The notes beneath the pieces were generated by a model. That model searched no databases. It worked only from the letters and a program-made list of their open reading frames with translations, and was not told the DNA's origin. Shown here piece by piece: positions 38,508 through 48,978 of a stretch of 64,000 nt of DNA. Source of the DNA: a virus; IMG/VR virus record IMGVR_UViG_3300026488_000012, positions 115,976 through 179,975 of that record; one strand, 5' to 3'. Each line of letters starts with the position of its first letter. The stretch's first letter is position 1. The translations under genes and the position numbers were made by a program.

Positions 38508-39500
38508 CTATTTTTTTCTTTCAAAATTGTCTCTTATTATGTATCTAAGCGACTTGACGTTACTCTCTAAATTAAATTCATAGTAGTTGATTAGGTTTCT
38601 ATAAAAATTATCATTACTCATAGGTTTGAATGCAGATATGAAGTTCTCTATATCGTCCCATATACTCCTTTTCGATATCAAGTTACTGAGAACCTCTGAC
38701 TCTTCCATTAGTTTCTCCAACTCAGGTATAAGCTTAAGTTTTTCTTCTGTGTATTTTTTAGTTATTTTAACTATATTTTCAATTGTTTTTATATCAGGTA
38801 TTACTACTAACTTTTTCCATTCTAACATGGTTTTACCAACTATATACAAGTTAGGTATCAATGTTAACTTGCTAAAATAGCTACTGGTTATATGCGGTAA
38901 CAGTAACTTTAACGTATTCAATTCTTTTTTCGATAACTCCTTTTTCTTAGTTAATTCTAAAGCATCTTCGCTTAACATTATAATAAATCCAGGCATCTCT
39001 AAGAAGTTCGATCTCTTTATAGGATGTCCTATAGGTATGATCGTTAGATATTTAACTTCAAATTTATCCTTAAATATTTTCTCCATAATGTATTTTTTAA
39101 GCTTTTTCTGATAAATGTTTAATTCTATCTTGGTATACCTATTCGTAACTTTGATAATGTCTTTAAACGTAGATGATTTATATACCTCGTCTATCTTAAA
39201 ATTATCATCTTTAATTTCGTTAGTTAACTTAATTAAATCATTTCCTATATGAGTAATCCTTTTTATAATATCTGGATTTATTATATGTAGGAAAAACTCT
39301 TTCCATTCGTCATTGTTTTTAAGTTTTATATCTATTCCTAGTTCCTTATATGCTAAAAATATAGCGTATATAGGATTTTGAACGCCTATGTTGGTTGTTG
39401 GCTTTATCTTCTTACTAGATAGTCTATTCAACTCTAATAGTAACTCATCGATATCGTTCGTAACCGTTAACTTAAGATGTCTAACTATGCTACTAAACAT
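38508..39500 (-). CDS. hypothetical protein (330 aa)
   Basis: AAAAGGAG SD on the minus strand. Confidence 0.75.
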   Translation of the reverse strand: MFSSIVRHLKLTVTNDIDELLLELNRLSSKKIKPTTNIGVQNPIYAIFLAYKELGIDIKLKNNDEWKEFFLHIINPDIIKRITHIGNDLIKLTNEIKDDNFKIDEVYKSSTFKDIIKVTNRYTKIELNIYQKKLKKYIMEKIFKDKFEVKYLTIIPIGHPIKRSNFLEMPGFIIMLSEDALELTKKKELSKKELNTLKLLLPHITSSYFSKLTLIPNLYIVGKTMLEWKKLVVIPDIKTIENIVKITKKYTEEKLKLIPELEKLMEESEVLSNLISKRSIWDDIENFISAFKPMSNDNFYRNLINYYEFNLESNVKSLRYIIRDNFERKK

Positions 39501-39713
39501 ATTAACTCCTTTTTTTTTTTACTTGGCTGACTTAGCTTCAATAGAATCCTTGTATGTAATTAGAACTATTTATAAATAATATGTAATGGACGCTAGCTTA
39601 AGAGCTGAAAGAATCATAGGTAGTAGGAATACTAAGATTCTCTCGGTAGGTAGGATTTGTAAGCAGGTATATAAAAATGATAACTGTAGCGTAAAACAAG
39701 TAACAAAAATCTG

Positions 39714-39740
39714 ATACTCGGAGAAATACTCTCCGGGTAT
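39714..39740. terminator. terminator downstream of the DNA polymerase subunit
   Basis: ATACTCGGAGA-aatac-TCTCCGGGTAT. Confidence 0.6.
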
Positions 39741-39748
39741 TTTCTTTT

Positions 39749-41401
39749 TTAATAAGCTTCTGCTAATTCCTTTAAGGATGGGAAGTTAAACATATTTCTA
39801 CAGTATTGAACAGAATTAATAGGTCCAAACATAAGGTTAATATTCTCTATCTTAAATTCAGATTTATTTTTACCTTCTATAGCTAATAACTCTCTATGAG
39901 TAGTGTCTTTAGATACATTAGCTGCTCTAATATTACTCGGATAACTACTAACTGCGTCTATATCACATATATGTGTTCTTATGTTAGTTCTTATAAAGTT
40001 ACCTTCTTCTAAAGCATATGCTCCATTATCTATTATTCTATACCCAGGTAATGTAACTATCCATTCGTCTAATCCTAATAATTTATCCTCTGTATCTACG
40101 TTACTAGGTTTAACTCCTAATACGTATCCTTTACTTAATACGAAAAAGTAATATGCGTCTATTATCCTTTTAGGACCACTGTTAAATATGTCGTAATGAC
40201 TTACTCCTAATAATAAATCTATAACGTATTTTAAATCCTCTGTCTTGTCGTCTAATACTAACATAGACATAGTATCCCATATATTGTATATGATGTATTC
40301 TAATGGTTTATTCTTAACCATATAGATATGCCATTCGGCTCCTTGGTTAACAGAACCTGTATCGAATTTTAATTTTTGAGCTACTCCTTCTTCTTTAAGG
40401 ATGTTATCCAGACTATATCCTCCTGGAACAGTAGCTCCTCCTGCTCTAACGTATCTATGAGCAGCCATAGCGTCTATTATATAAAAGTTACTGCTACTCT
40501 TAACGGTACTCCATATCTCTTCAGGGTTTTTCGGTACAACTCTACCAGATGCAGTTACTTTAGTCTTAGTCCCCTCTTTAAAGTTAAAATACTTATACTT
40601 ACTCGGTATCTTATCATAATGGAATATATCAGCAGGGTCTACCTCATATTTCCTTAACGTATCTAATATTTCAGGTATATCGTAATTTATATTCCAGATA
40701 GCTAATAAATCTATATCTAAATTATTAGCTTGTTTAAATATCCATTTTAATAACTCTAACTCATTACTAAAGATTTTAAACTCTAAAGGAGTATTTTTTA
40801 TATCTACGTCTGGTATATATTTATCATACATCTGCTTTAGTTTAGTTATAGGCTCTTTTTCTTTCCATATAAGCTTACTTAGTATTCCTACGAATATCCC
40901 TTTTTTACTAGCTAAAGAAGCTACTATTATTTCATCTGTTAGTATGTTTTTCTCAATGTCGAATGCTGCTACTTCGTTGAATGTAACAGTATCGTATTTA
41001 GATAAATATTTATGTTTTATTATAGTTCTAGCATCTACATCTATACCATATAAATAAGGAGATTCTTTTAATAATCTTAGGTTAGGTTTTCCAGTATATA
41101 CATATTGATCTCCTAAACGTCTTGCTATATTTTCTGCTAATCTACTCTGAGTGGATTTAAACTCGTAGGTTCTATCTTTCAACTCTACTTCTTTTTTCTC
41201 TTTGTGGTTTCTAAACATCTCTTTAGTTATCCAGAAAGGTCTTTGGAAGTCTTTAACTATTCTTATATCTCTTGTTACTTTACCGTCAGGGTGTATGAGT
41301 TTCTCTCTGATTATATGTGTATCTTCTCCAACTTCTCTCTCTGAGAAATGTTGTACTAACTTAGCTTCTCTCTTTATGTTTGTTAATTTCGCCTTATCCA
41401 T
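39749..41401 (-). CDS. split family-B DNA polymerase, exonuclease + motif-A subunit (phiKZ gp82-like)
   Basis: AAFDIE (ExoI), WNINYDIP (ExoII), YNIWD (ExoIII), DIDAVSSYPS (motif A); motifs B and C absent. Confidence 0.85.
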   Translation of the reverse strand: MDKAKLTNIKREAKLVQHFSEREVGEDTHIIREKLIHPDGKVTRDIRIVKDFQRPFWITKEMFRNHKEKKEVELKDRTYEFKSTQSRLAENIARRLGDQYVYTGKPNLRLLKESPYLYGIDVDARTIIKHKYLSKYDTVTFNEVAAFDIEKNILTDEIIVASLASKKGIFVGILSKLIWKEKEPITKLKQMYDKYIPDVDIKNTPLEFKIFSNELELLKWIFKQANNLDIDLLAIWNINYDIPEILDTLRKYEVDPADIFHYDKIPSKYKYFNFKEGTKTKVTASGRVVPKNPEEIWSTVKSSSNFYIIDAMAAHRYVRAGGATVPGGYSLDNILKEEGVAQKLKFDTGSVNQGAEWHIYMVKNKPLEYIIYNIWDTMSMLVLDDKTEDLKYVIDLLLGVSHYDIFNSGPKRIIDAYYFFVLSKGYVLGVKPSNVDTEDKLLGLDEWIVTLPGYRIIDNGAYALEEGNFIRTNIRTHICDIDAVSSYPSNIRAANVSKDTTHRELLAIEGKNKSEFKIENINLMFGPINSVQYCRNMFNFPSLKELAEAY

Positions 41402-41442
41402 ATGTATCCTTTTTATGAAGTATTAAAATATAAAGGAGTAAG

Positions 41443-41898
41443 ATGCCTGAATTTAAATTAGATAAATCAGAGTATAAATCCAACAACTGTTGGTTATTCA
41501 GTACTGTATTTATAATAACCTTAACCGTTATGGGTATAAGTCTATTAGAGTATTTAAAAAGAAGTAAGGTAGACCATGATGTTTTAATTTTGTCTATTCT
41601 TCTTATAGTTGGTTTCTTATTAATACTTCTAAGTTTTATTTATCTTACTAATAAGAAAGATGAATCTAAATTAAATTTGAAAGAGACTGAACTCAATACT
41701 AAAAATCTTACTAATCTAAAAATGAAAAGTCTGGGACTTAGAACTAAACTACTAGACGAACGATTGCATAAAAACGAAATAATGAGTATTAGGAAGAATA
41801 CAAGAGATAGGAAGATAAAATTTAGAACAGACTATAAATATAAATATCTTAATCTAAGTTACGATAGAGTAAATAAGATAAGATTAGGAGGAATATAG
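41443..41898 (+). CDS. 2-TM membrane protein with basic C-terminus
   Basis: Two hydrophobic helices; SD. Confidence 0.7.
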   Translation: MPEFKLDKSEYKSNNCWLFSTVFIITLTVMGISLLEYLKRSKVDHDVLILSILLIVGFLLILLSFIYLTNKKDESKLNLKETELNTKNLTNLKMKSLGLRTKLLDERLHKNEIMSIRKNTRDRKIKFRTDYKYKYLNLSYDRVNKIRLGGI

Positions 41899-41914
41899 AT
41901 AAAAGGAGTAATTT

Positions 41915-42613
41915 ATGGAATTTGATAACATGTTTGAAGATGTTACTAAGAAGTATGAGAAGAAAGTAAAGAACAATACTAAATCTAGACCTAAGCAAAT
42001 TAACCTGTTTAAAGAAACACCTAATAAGAAGGAATTGGATTTAGATAAGTTAAAGTATAACAATGATGTAGTAATATTACTATACGATAAAGATGTATCG
42101 TTACCAGAGCATATCGTAGATAGATTTAAAACAATTCTAAATACTATAAAAGAAAAAGGTCTTAACATAAGAGGTATGTGTAAGAATATAGATATACTGT
42201 TAAAACTATTTAAATATAACATAGACAAGAAGAAGATGAGATTGATTAAACCTTGGAAAAAGTTCTGTGGCACGGATAAAGACATTAAAGAATGGACTCC
42301 TAGTAATACTAACATAGAATTAGCTGCTAATTATATTAATAACTTCGATAAGTTACCACCGGCTGTGAAATATATAAACTCAGCACTTCTAACATTATTA
42401 TTCTCTTATACTGGCGAAAACTTAGCTAAATATATAATAGTATATGACCCTTATTACAAGAATCCTGCTAAAGATAAATTAGATTACAATAAGTCTAAGG
42501 ATACGTTTAACCTATACAGGTTAAATAAAAACATGGATGGATTGTTGAATATCTATAATATAGCGAACGAAGATGATTATAAAAACTTGTTGGAGTTAAT
42601 GGAAAAAAAGTAA
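41915..42613 (+). CDS. conserved jumbo-phage protein, possible SLOG/DprA-like domain
   Basis: LIKPWKKF, FDKLPPAVK, YIIVYDP pattern (recall only); ends on slippery A_AAA_AAG-TAA. Confidence 0.5.
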   Translation: MEFDNMFEDVTKKYEKKVKNNTKSRPKQINLFKETPNKKELDLDKLKYNNDVVILLYDKDVSLPEHIVDRFKTILNTIKEKGLNIRGMCKNIDILLKLFKYNIDKKKMRLIKPWKKFCGTDKDIKEWTPSNTNIELAANYINNFDKLPPAVKYINSALLTLLFSYTGENLAKYIIVYDPYYKNPAKDKLDYNKSKDTFNLYRLNKNMDGLLNIYNIANEDDYKNLLELMEKK

Positions 42614-42903
42614 CTAAGTTTCATAACTACACTTTTGTTATCAGTGACGATGATTCCCTGAAATTACCATCTATACTTAATGAAGTTGATAACATTTTAG
42701 ATAATGCTAATACGTATGATGACGTAGTTATAGGGTTCAAAGAGTTATTAAGTAATAAAAACGCTTATGATATCCTGAGTAGTATGGATGAACTCACGTA
42801 TGTCATAACCATAGAGTTCAAACCGTTAACTAATGAACTATTTGAATTTCTAATCAGAGAAACAGGTAATAGTTATCCTATAATAGACTTTACATACAGG
42901 TAG
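42610..42903 (+). other. start-less 97-codon open frame in the -1 phase (frameshift extension of 41915, or homopolymer error)
   Basis: GTA ACT AAG ... TAC AGG TAG with no stops; fills the gap to hairpin 42894-42924. Confidence 0.65.
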
Positions 42904-43000
42904 GGGGGTTTCTCCTATCTGTATATCATTATTTTTTAATGTTCTCATCGGGATATAAGGCGGGTATCAGTTGAATTATCTAGTAGATAAGGAGTAATCT

Positions 43001-44176
43001 ATGTTTATTTTAAAGATAGATCCTATTAAAACTAACGGCGATATAAAGCATGAAAAGACTAGCTGGCAAGTCAGCTTAAGTCCTGATTTCAACGATGATG
43101 ATGTTGTTTTTCAATCGTTAGAGGATACTGAGAACCTTACGCAGATAAGAGTTCCTTTACCACTGACAGAGAACGATTTATATTATACAAGAACTAAGAT
43201 ACATTTCTCTGATGATACTGAGAGCGATTGGAGTAGACCTAACATAGTAACTAGAAATGCAACAGGCTTTACATTTTCAGATACGGTATTGGTTACTCCT
43301 GAACTTAGTATAGACTTTGATAAAAGAAATGCTCCTTTAGGAGGATTCACAGTAAAGACAACACCTTTTACTCTGTTTATGGGTATAGGTAAGCATAGAA
43401 GTACTAACTGGATAATAGAAGATACTTCTGGTAACACGATATGGAAAAGGTTAGATGATAAACATAACTTAACAGAGATACGTATACCTTCTAACATATT
43501 AGAACCAGGTAAAATGTACACAATTAAAGCTTGTCACATCTCAGATACTAACGCATATAGTAACTATGGTAAGTTAAGAATTATTACAAATCCTGATTTA
43601 GTAAGAGACCCTATCTATCAGTATGATAAAAATATCTCTTTACTTAAACTATTTGAAACTAACACTGCGTTATTACAGTTATTAAGAGACTACACTCCTG
43701 TAGATGACCTATTGAGTAAGATTATTGAACTAAACATAGAATCAGGATTGAAATCTAATGTTATAGACAAGCTAAATAATAAGCTTAGCATACTGAGAGG
43801 ATTTATAGATAAGTTAGTGTTATTAGGAGATATAGACGATGTTACTGAGGAAGATATAGAGAGAGCTGAAGAGATTACTAGCGATATATTAGGTATACTA
43901 GACGAAATAAAAAGTACAGTATATAAAGATATCAGCGATAATGAGATTTCAAGTATTAAGAAAGTATTGACGAATATACCTAATCGACTTAGAAGTATCT
44001 TGGAGTTAAAAAACACTAATGAGACACTAGAAAAAGAGATAGAGGAATTAAAAGAGAAATTAAAAGACTACAATTCTATAGAAGAGACGACTGATAAACT
44101 TTTAGAGGAAATAATTAAATTAAAGGTTATAGTAAATATGCAAGAAGCGTTAATAGAAAAGTTAACCGGTAATTAG
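43001..44176 (+). CDS. virion structural protein: Fn3/Ig-like modules + C-terminal coiled coil
   Basis: HEKTSWQVS..DTENLTQI..YYTRTK..SDWS and HRSTNWII..DKHNLTEI..Y.IKA; paralog of 15126. Confidence 0.6.
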   Translation: MFILKIDPIKTNGDIKHEKTSWQVSLSPDFNDDDVVFQSLEDTENLTQIRVPLPLTENDLYYTRTKIHFSDDTESDWSRPNIVTRNATGFTFSDTVLVTPELSIDFDKRNAPLGGFTVKTTPFTLFMGIGKHRSTNWIIEDTSGNTIWKRLDDKHNLTEIRIPSNILEPGKMYTIKACHISDTNAYSNYGKLRIITNPDLVRDPIYQYDKNISLLKLFETNTALLQLLRDYTPVDDLLSKIIELNIESGLKSNVIDKLNNKLSILRGFIDKLVLLGDIDDVTEEDIERAEEITSDILGILDEIKSTVYKDISDNEISSIKKVLTNIPNRLRSILELKNTNETLEKEIEELKEKLKDYNSIEETTDKLLEEIIKLKVIVNMQEALIEKLTGN

Positions 44177-44217
44177 AATGATATTCCCGATTTTAAATTT
44201 TTTCATAAGGAGAAACA

Positions 44218-47200
44218 ATGGCAATTAACTGGGATGTAATTAGCAGAAATATTATTAATATTTCTGAAGTACTCAACGACTTTTTAGATACTGAAAATCC
44301 TAAAAAAGTAACTTGGGTATATATGGAAGAAGATGGTTCAGTAAAAGAGAAACAAGTTGATAACTTAGCTACCGTTATTAATTATCTAAAAGAGAACAGT
44401 GTAACTGATGATGAGTTAACTGATAAGTTACGTGATTTCTATACTAAAGGCGAAGTTAATAAGATCGCTGATAGTATAAAGGCTATGTTTGATAACTATT
44501 ATACAAAAACAAACATTGAAGATATCGTAGACGGTATTAAGGGTGATTTTAACGAGAAATTAGCACAGTATAAAGAAGAAATCAATAAGATAGTAGAAGA
44601 CGGAGTAACAAGAAGTAAAGTTATGACTGAAGCTGAATATAGAGCTTTGCAAGAAGTTAGAAGAAAACAGTTTGCTGGTAGCGGATTTGTAAAATGGGGT
44701 GGAATTAATTCACTAAGAGACTGGTATATAAAATATGGTATCTGGGGAGCTAGTCGTACTTATGAAAAACCTAATGTATTTTATTTAGGACAAAATCCTA
44801 ATGACCCGGGCGGCGCTATTTTACCCCCTGATAGAAGCTTTATTCCTGTAGTTAACTTAAATGGTAATCTAGTGGCTTTGAATAGTGTAGGAACAGACTT
44901 TTCGACAAATTTAGTAAAACTCCCAGAACCACCGACAGTAAAAGCAGTAGTAAGAGACAGTAAGTCTTTACCTGTAGATTTAAAACAAGGTGATTTTATT
45001 ATTCTAAAAGATTTTGATAGAGAATTAATTGTTAACGGTACATTTGACAGCGGTATTGAGGGCTGGAGTTCTTTAGACGGTGATAAAATTTCCTACGATG
45101 ACGAAAATAAGCAACTACTGCTAAATTTATCAGACGCCGGTTCTTATATCGATGTTGCTAATGATAACGATAAAAAATTAATATCGGGTGTTAAATATAG
45201 AATAAAATTTTCAGCACTCAGAGATAAGGAACAATGTGATAAAATACTGGTAAGATTTTACTATCCAGTTGGCTATGAAGACAAAGTTATTTATTTTACA
45301 AAAACAAATGAATTTGAAGACTTCGAATTCGACTTCGTAGGGAAAAAGACAGTTAATTTAATAAGATTTTTCTTCCATACTACTGATGAAAACGAAGACA
45401 TAACTATTAAATTAGATAACGTCTCAGTCAAACAAGTAGAAGAACAACCTGTGGTATGTCTAATGGATATGGATAAAGGTATCGACATTTACGAATATGG
45501 TTCTAAATTTGAAGCCAGAGATTCTATATCTAGACAAGACTTGGTATTCTTAGAATACTGGGAAGAACATATTGAAGAAAAAGATATTATATATCCATAT
45601 GGTAATACACAATACAGAGGTGATAATGTAGATGATGTACCTGGTATTACTGAAGGAGATTTCCCAGGAGCAGATACTTACAGTTTGTTTGGTACTTGGC
45701 AAGAACCAGGTGAGTTAGTGGGTAAAGGTTACAAATGGAGTCAGTTAACTGATGAACAAAAAACTATATTAGCAAGTAACCCAGACCATAACATCTTCCT
45801 AAGTAGAGATGGTAAATGGACACAAGGAAGATATAGAATTAGAGTTGTTAAGGGTTCTGATAACGGGTCTTTATTAACTTGGAATAGAATTATTGGTAAC
45901 TTCGGACCTAGACCAGAATATTTAAACTATAAATTAATCACGCCACAAGGTAAAGCAGTTAAACCATTAGATTATACATATAGGAACGGTAACTTTATCT
46001 ACTGGGATATAAAACTAAGAGAAGGTTATTTTAATGCTAGTGGTTCTTATATAGATAGTAAATTAGTTACTGATGGCGAGGGGGATTATAAACTAGATGT
46101 TAAATACAGAGCTATTCCGATAGCTTTAGTACAAAGACGTAATGATGGTATCTTTAACAAAGTATTGAATCCTGAGGGTACTGCAGTTGCGTATGATAAA
46201 AATGATGATAGGATGTTGAATCTTGAAGAATATGCACTAGATACTAGATTTGTAGGTAGTCTAGAAGATTGCTTCGATACTGGTAAAATAGCAGCGGTTA
46301 CTGAAGATGAGAGCGTAGTCCCAGCTGATGACAGTAGTACTAAATATAGAACCGGTTACATAGCTTCTAAAATAAGCGGTCATGAAGCAGGTCTATACGC
46401 AGACGAGGTTAACCAAATGGATGTAGAAGACTTAAGAATGAACGCTAATAGAAAACCTTTAGCTGAAATTTTAGAAGAAGAGAAACTTAAAGATATTGTA
46501 GGCGAAAGAAGAGGTAAAGAAAACTCTAAAAACTATGTAGTAATTAGTGAAAAAGTTTTATATACTGGTAGTGCTTCTAAAGCTAAAAGTTATGACGGTT
46601 ATGTTTTGTATATTGGACGAGGTACTGATGATTATGGGTTAATACATAAAGGCAAAACGCTAATGTTTAAACCTGGTACAATCGTAGGTGTGAGCGATGG
46701 TAAGAACTTTATTAAACTAATGGTTAAAAGTAATGGTTATAGAATGTTTAGAATAACATTTAATCACAATACTAGTGGTAGTAGCGGGATGCCTTGGGGT
46801 GCTGGTTATGAGATAGATATGATGTTAATGTTACCTGAAGATAGAAGTTATGTATATAATAACACGTATATTCAAACAGATATCATAGGAGATCCAAGAC
46901 CATTAAAAGATAGAGTAGAGTATACCACAGTATCTGGAGATGACCAAAAAGCAGTTATTAACAAAAACACTTATGTAAAAGCTAATGGTAAATATTACAG
47001 AAGTTTAGTGGATAGAGGTGAGATTACTATCGATCCGGATACAGAGGATTATAGTAACACTGATAATTGGGTAGATTTAGGTGATGATGGAGAAATCGGA
47101 GGATATCCAAAAGAGTGGCTAGAAAAAGGACTCAACGGTACTCCATTATTAGTAAGTGAAGAAGGTGATAGTTTACTACCTACTGATGTAGGGATAGATG

Positions 47201-47967
47201 TTACCTATGGTGACCAGTTCTATAAATTATCTAAAAAGTATTTTAATACAAATGGTATATATAAAGTTTTAGTAAGTGATAAAGATGGTAATTTCATGGA
47301 GTTTAAGAATAAGGGACGTGAAGATGTATCTAGAGCTGATAAATTATCGTATCTAGTAGATAGCGGGAAACTTATACAAAATATTATTAATCTAAATATC
47401 GTTGATTCATATAACGATTTAGGATATAGTTCTGAACAAGAAATGTTAGACCTAATGAAAGTGATTGTAGTATATGAAACAAAAGCCGATTTTATGGAAT
47501 TAGCTAATAATGATCATATCCTACATAAAGATAACGAAGTAAGATTCTTTAATTCTGCTTATTATGGATATGGCGTATATGCCGTGCAAAGTCTAATAAA
47601 TAAAATCCCTACTGGTGATGGTAGCTATAATAACGATACAAGTATTTTACTAAACCCAAGATTAGCGCGCGATACTTTCGATCCACGTAGTTGGGGAGGA
47701 GGACATTTAGTCAATAGCGACTTTTATCTACAACACGATAATTCACCAACTGTTAAATTTACAAGATACTTAACACAACATAATAACAGATTATATCTAC
47801 AATACGTATTTAAAGAACTTAAATACGATTCAAATATATCTTCTTGGGGAGATGACAATAAATTCCAAATCGTTGATAATGCGACTACTGTAACCGACTT
47901 AAACGGTAAACGTGTTCTTATAGGACAAAAAAGGGTACCACTACCATACTTCTATAACAATAACTAA
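44218..47967 (+). CDS. tail fibre / receptor-binding protein with internal carbohydrate-binding-module-like domain
   Basis: 1249 aa; LIVNGTFDSGIEGW..GVKYRIKF..LDNVSVKQ (CBM4/9-like); followed by fibre-assembly genes. Confidence 0.7.
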   Translation: MAINWDVISRNIINISEVLNDFLDTENPKKVTWVYMEEDGSVKEKQVDNLATVINYLKENSVTDDELTDKLRDFYTKGEVNKIADSIKAMFDNYYTKTNIEDIVDGIKGDFNEKLAQYKEEINKIVEDGVTRSKVMTEAEYRALQEVRRKQFAGSGFVKWGGINSLRDWYIKYGIWGASRTYEKPNVFYLGQNPNDPGGAILPPDRSFIPVVNLNGNLVALNSVGTDFSTNLVKLPEPPTVKAVVRDSKSLPVDLKQGDFIILKDFDRELIVNGTFDSGIEGWSSLDGDKISYDDENKQLLLNLSDAGSYIDVANDNDKKLISGVKYRIKFSALRDKEQCDKILVRFYYPVGYEDKVIYFTKTNEFEDFEFDFVGKKTVNLIRFFFHTTDENEDITIKLDNVSVKQVEEQPVVCLMDMDKGIDIYEYGSKFEARDSISRQDLVFLEYWEEHIEEKDIIYPYGNTQYRGDNVDDVPGITEGDFPGADTYSLFGTWQEPGELVGKGYKWSQLTDEQKTILASNPDHNIFLSRDGKWTQGRYRIRVVKGSDNGSLLTWNRIIGNFGPRPEYLNYKLITPQGKAVKPLDYTYRNGNFIYWDIKLREGYFNASGSYIDSKLVTDGEGDYKLDVKYRAIPIALVQRRNDGIFNKVLNPEGTAVAYDKNDDRMLNLEEYALDTRFVGSLEDCFDTGKIAAVTEDESVVPADDSSTKYRTGYIASKISGHEAGLYADEVNQMDVEDLRMNANRKPLAEILEEEKLKDIVGERRGKENSKNYVVISEKVLYTGSASKAKSYDGYVLYIGRGTDDYGLIHKGKTLMFKPGTIVGVSDGKNFIKLMVKSNGYRMFRITFNHNTSGSSGMPWGAGYEIDMMLMLPEDRSYVYNNTYIQTDIIGDPRPLKDRVEYTTVSGDDQKAVINKNTYVKANGKYYRSLVDRGEITIDPDTEDYSNTDNWVDLGDDGEIGGYPKEWLEKGLNGTPLLVSEEGDSLLPTDVGIDVTYGDQFYKLSKKYFNTNGIYKVLVSDKDGNFMEFKNKGREDVSRADKLSYLVDSGKLIQNIINLNIVDSYNDLGYSSEQEMLDLMKVIVVYETKADFMELANNDHILHKDNEVRFFNSAYYGYGVYAVQSLINKIPTGDGSYNNDTSILLNPRLARDTFDPRSWGGGHLVNSDFYLQHDNSPTVKFTRYLTQHNNRLYLQYVFKELKYDSNISSWGDDNKFQIVDNATTVTDLNGKRVLIGQKRVPLPYFYNNN

Positions 47968-47971
47968 TAAA

Positions 47972-47989
47972 TACAGGGTTCTCCCTGTA
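47972..47989 (+). terminator. intrinsic terminator
   Basis: TACAGGG-ttct-CCCTGTA + T-run. Confidence 0.6.
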
Positions 47990-48030
47990 ATCCTTTTTTC
48001 TTTAAAAAATAACAAAATAAGGGGTTGTAA

Positions 48031-48852
48031 ATGAGATTGTATAAAACAGAAGAAGATTTAAGATTAGTAATAGAACAAAACAAACCAGAAAACGTTATTA
48101 GAGTATACTGGGAAGATGTACAAAAATATAACATATACAAAAATTACATAGAACAAAAGAAAAGAGAGTATGAAAAGACTTATCCTGACTATGACGAACA
48201 GTTTAATCCTATCGAATACGCTGAATATGTTAATGAGATTGAAAAAGAAGAGATAGATGAAGAAACAGGTGAAATTGTAGTTGTTAAAGAAAAAGTATTT
48301 AAAGATGACTGTTACACTATGGATGATGAAGGTAACCAAGTTCTTAAGGAAGAATGTCAAAAACTAATTAACGAAGGTAAAGTAAGACCTACTCTTAAAT
48401 ACTTCCTACAGTTAGCTGCAGAAGAATGGGAAGAGCCTGAAGTAGATATGAATCAATACGTAGACTTCATTAAACCTATTCTGTTGGAGAAGGTTAACAA
48501 AGAGTTCGATAAAGCTATGAGTTTAATTACTAAAACATATCCTGAACATGAACAAAAAACTTGGAATCAACAAGAACTTGAAGCTTTAGCTTATAAAGCT
48601 GATCCAGAAAACGCTGAGATCCCATTACTTAAACAAATTTCTGTTACCAGAGGTATTAGTTTAGAGGTATTAGTAGATAAAGTTATAGAGAAAGCGATCG
48701 CGTATAAAGCTATCGTAGGTACAGCTATCGGACACAGACAAAAAGCAGAAGATATGATTACAAATATTACAACTATAGAAGAACTGAATAAAGTAATAAC
48801 TGAATTAGAAGCAAATAGAGACATATTTTATAAATCACTAAGAGGAGAATAA
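48031..48852 (+). CDS. tail fibre assembly chaperone (DUF4376-like C-domain)
   Basis: TYPEHEQKTWNQQELEALAY..IPLLKQISVTRG..LVDKVIEKA. Confidence 0.65.
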   Translation: MRLYKTEEDLRLVIEQNKPENVIRVYWEDVQKYNIYKNYIEQKKREYEKTYPDYDEQFNPIEYAEYVNEIEKEEIDEETGEIVVVKEKVFKDDCYTMDDEGNQVLKEECQKLINEGKVRPTLKYFLQLAAEEWEEPEVDMNQYVDFIKPILLEKVNKEFDKAMSLITKTYPEHEQKTWNQQELEALAYKADPENAEIPLLKQISVTRGISLEVLVDKVIEKAIAYKAIVGTAIGHRQKAEDMITNITTIEELNKVITELEANRDIFYKSLRGE

Positions 48853-48863
48853 TCTCCTCTTAG
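48838..48863 (+). terminator. terminator overlapping the stop codon
   Basis: CTAAGAGGAGA-ataa-TCTCCTCTTAG. Confidence 0.7.
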
Positions 48864-48978
48864 TTTTTTCTTTTATTTAAAAGTATGTATAGTTCTACTC
48901 ATAGATACTGGTTCAGTTACGGTATATCCAAATTTCTTGATACCTGTACAAGGTAAATATAATTTAAAAGGATAGGAT

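Noticed and set aside
42947-44192. Short inverted repeat ATCGGGA/TCCCGAT flanking gene 43001 (invertible or mobile segment?)
   Set aside because: Only 7 bp, with no recombinase or target-site duplication nearby; expected by chance.
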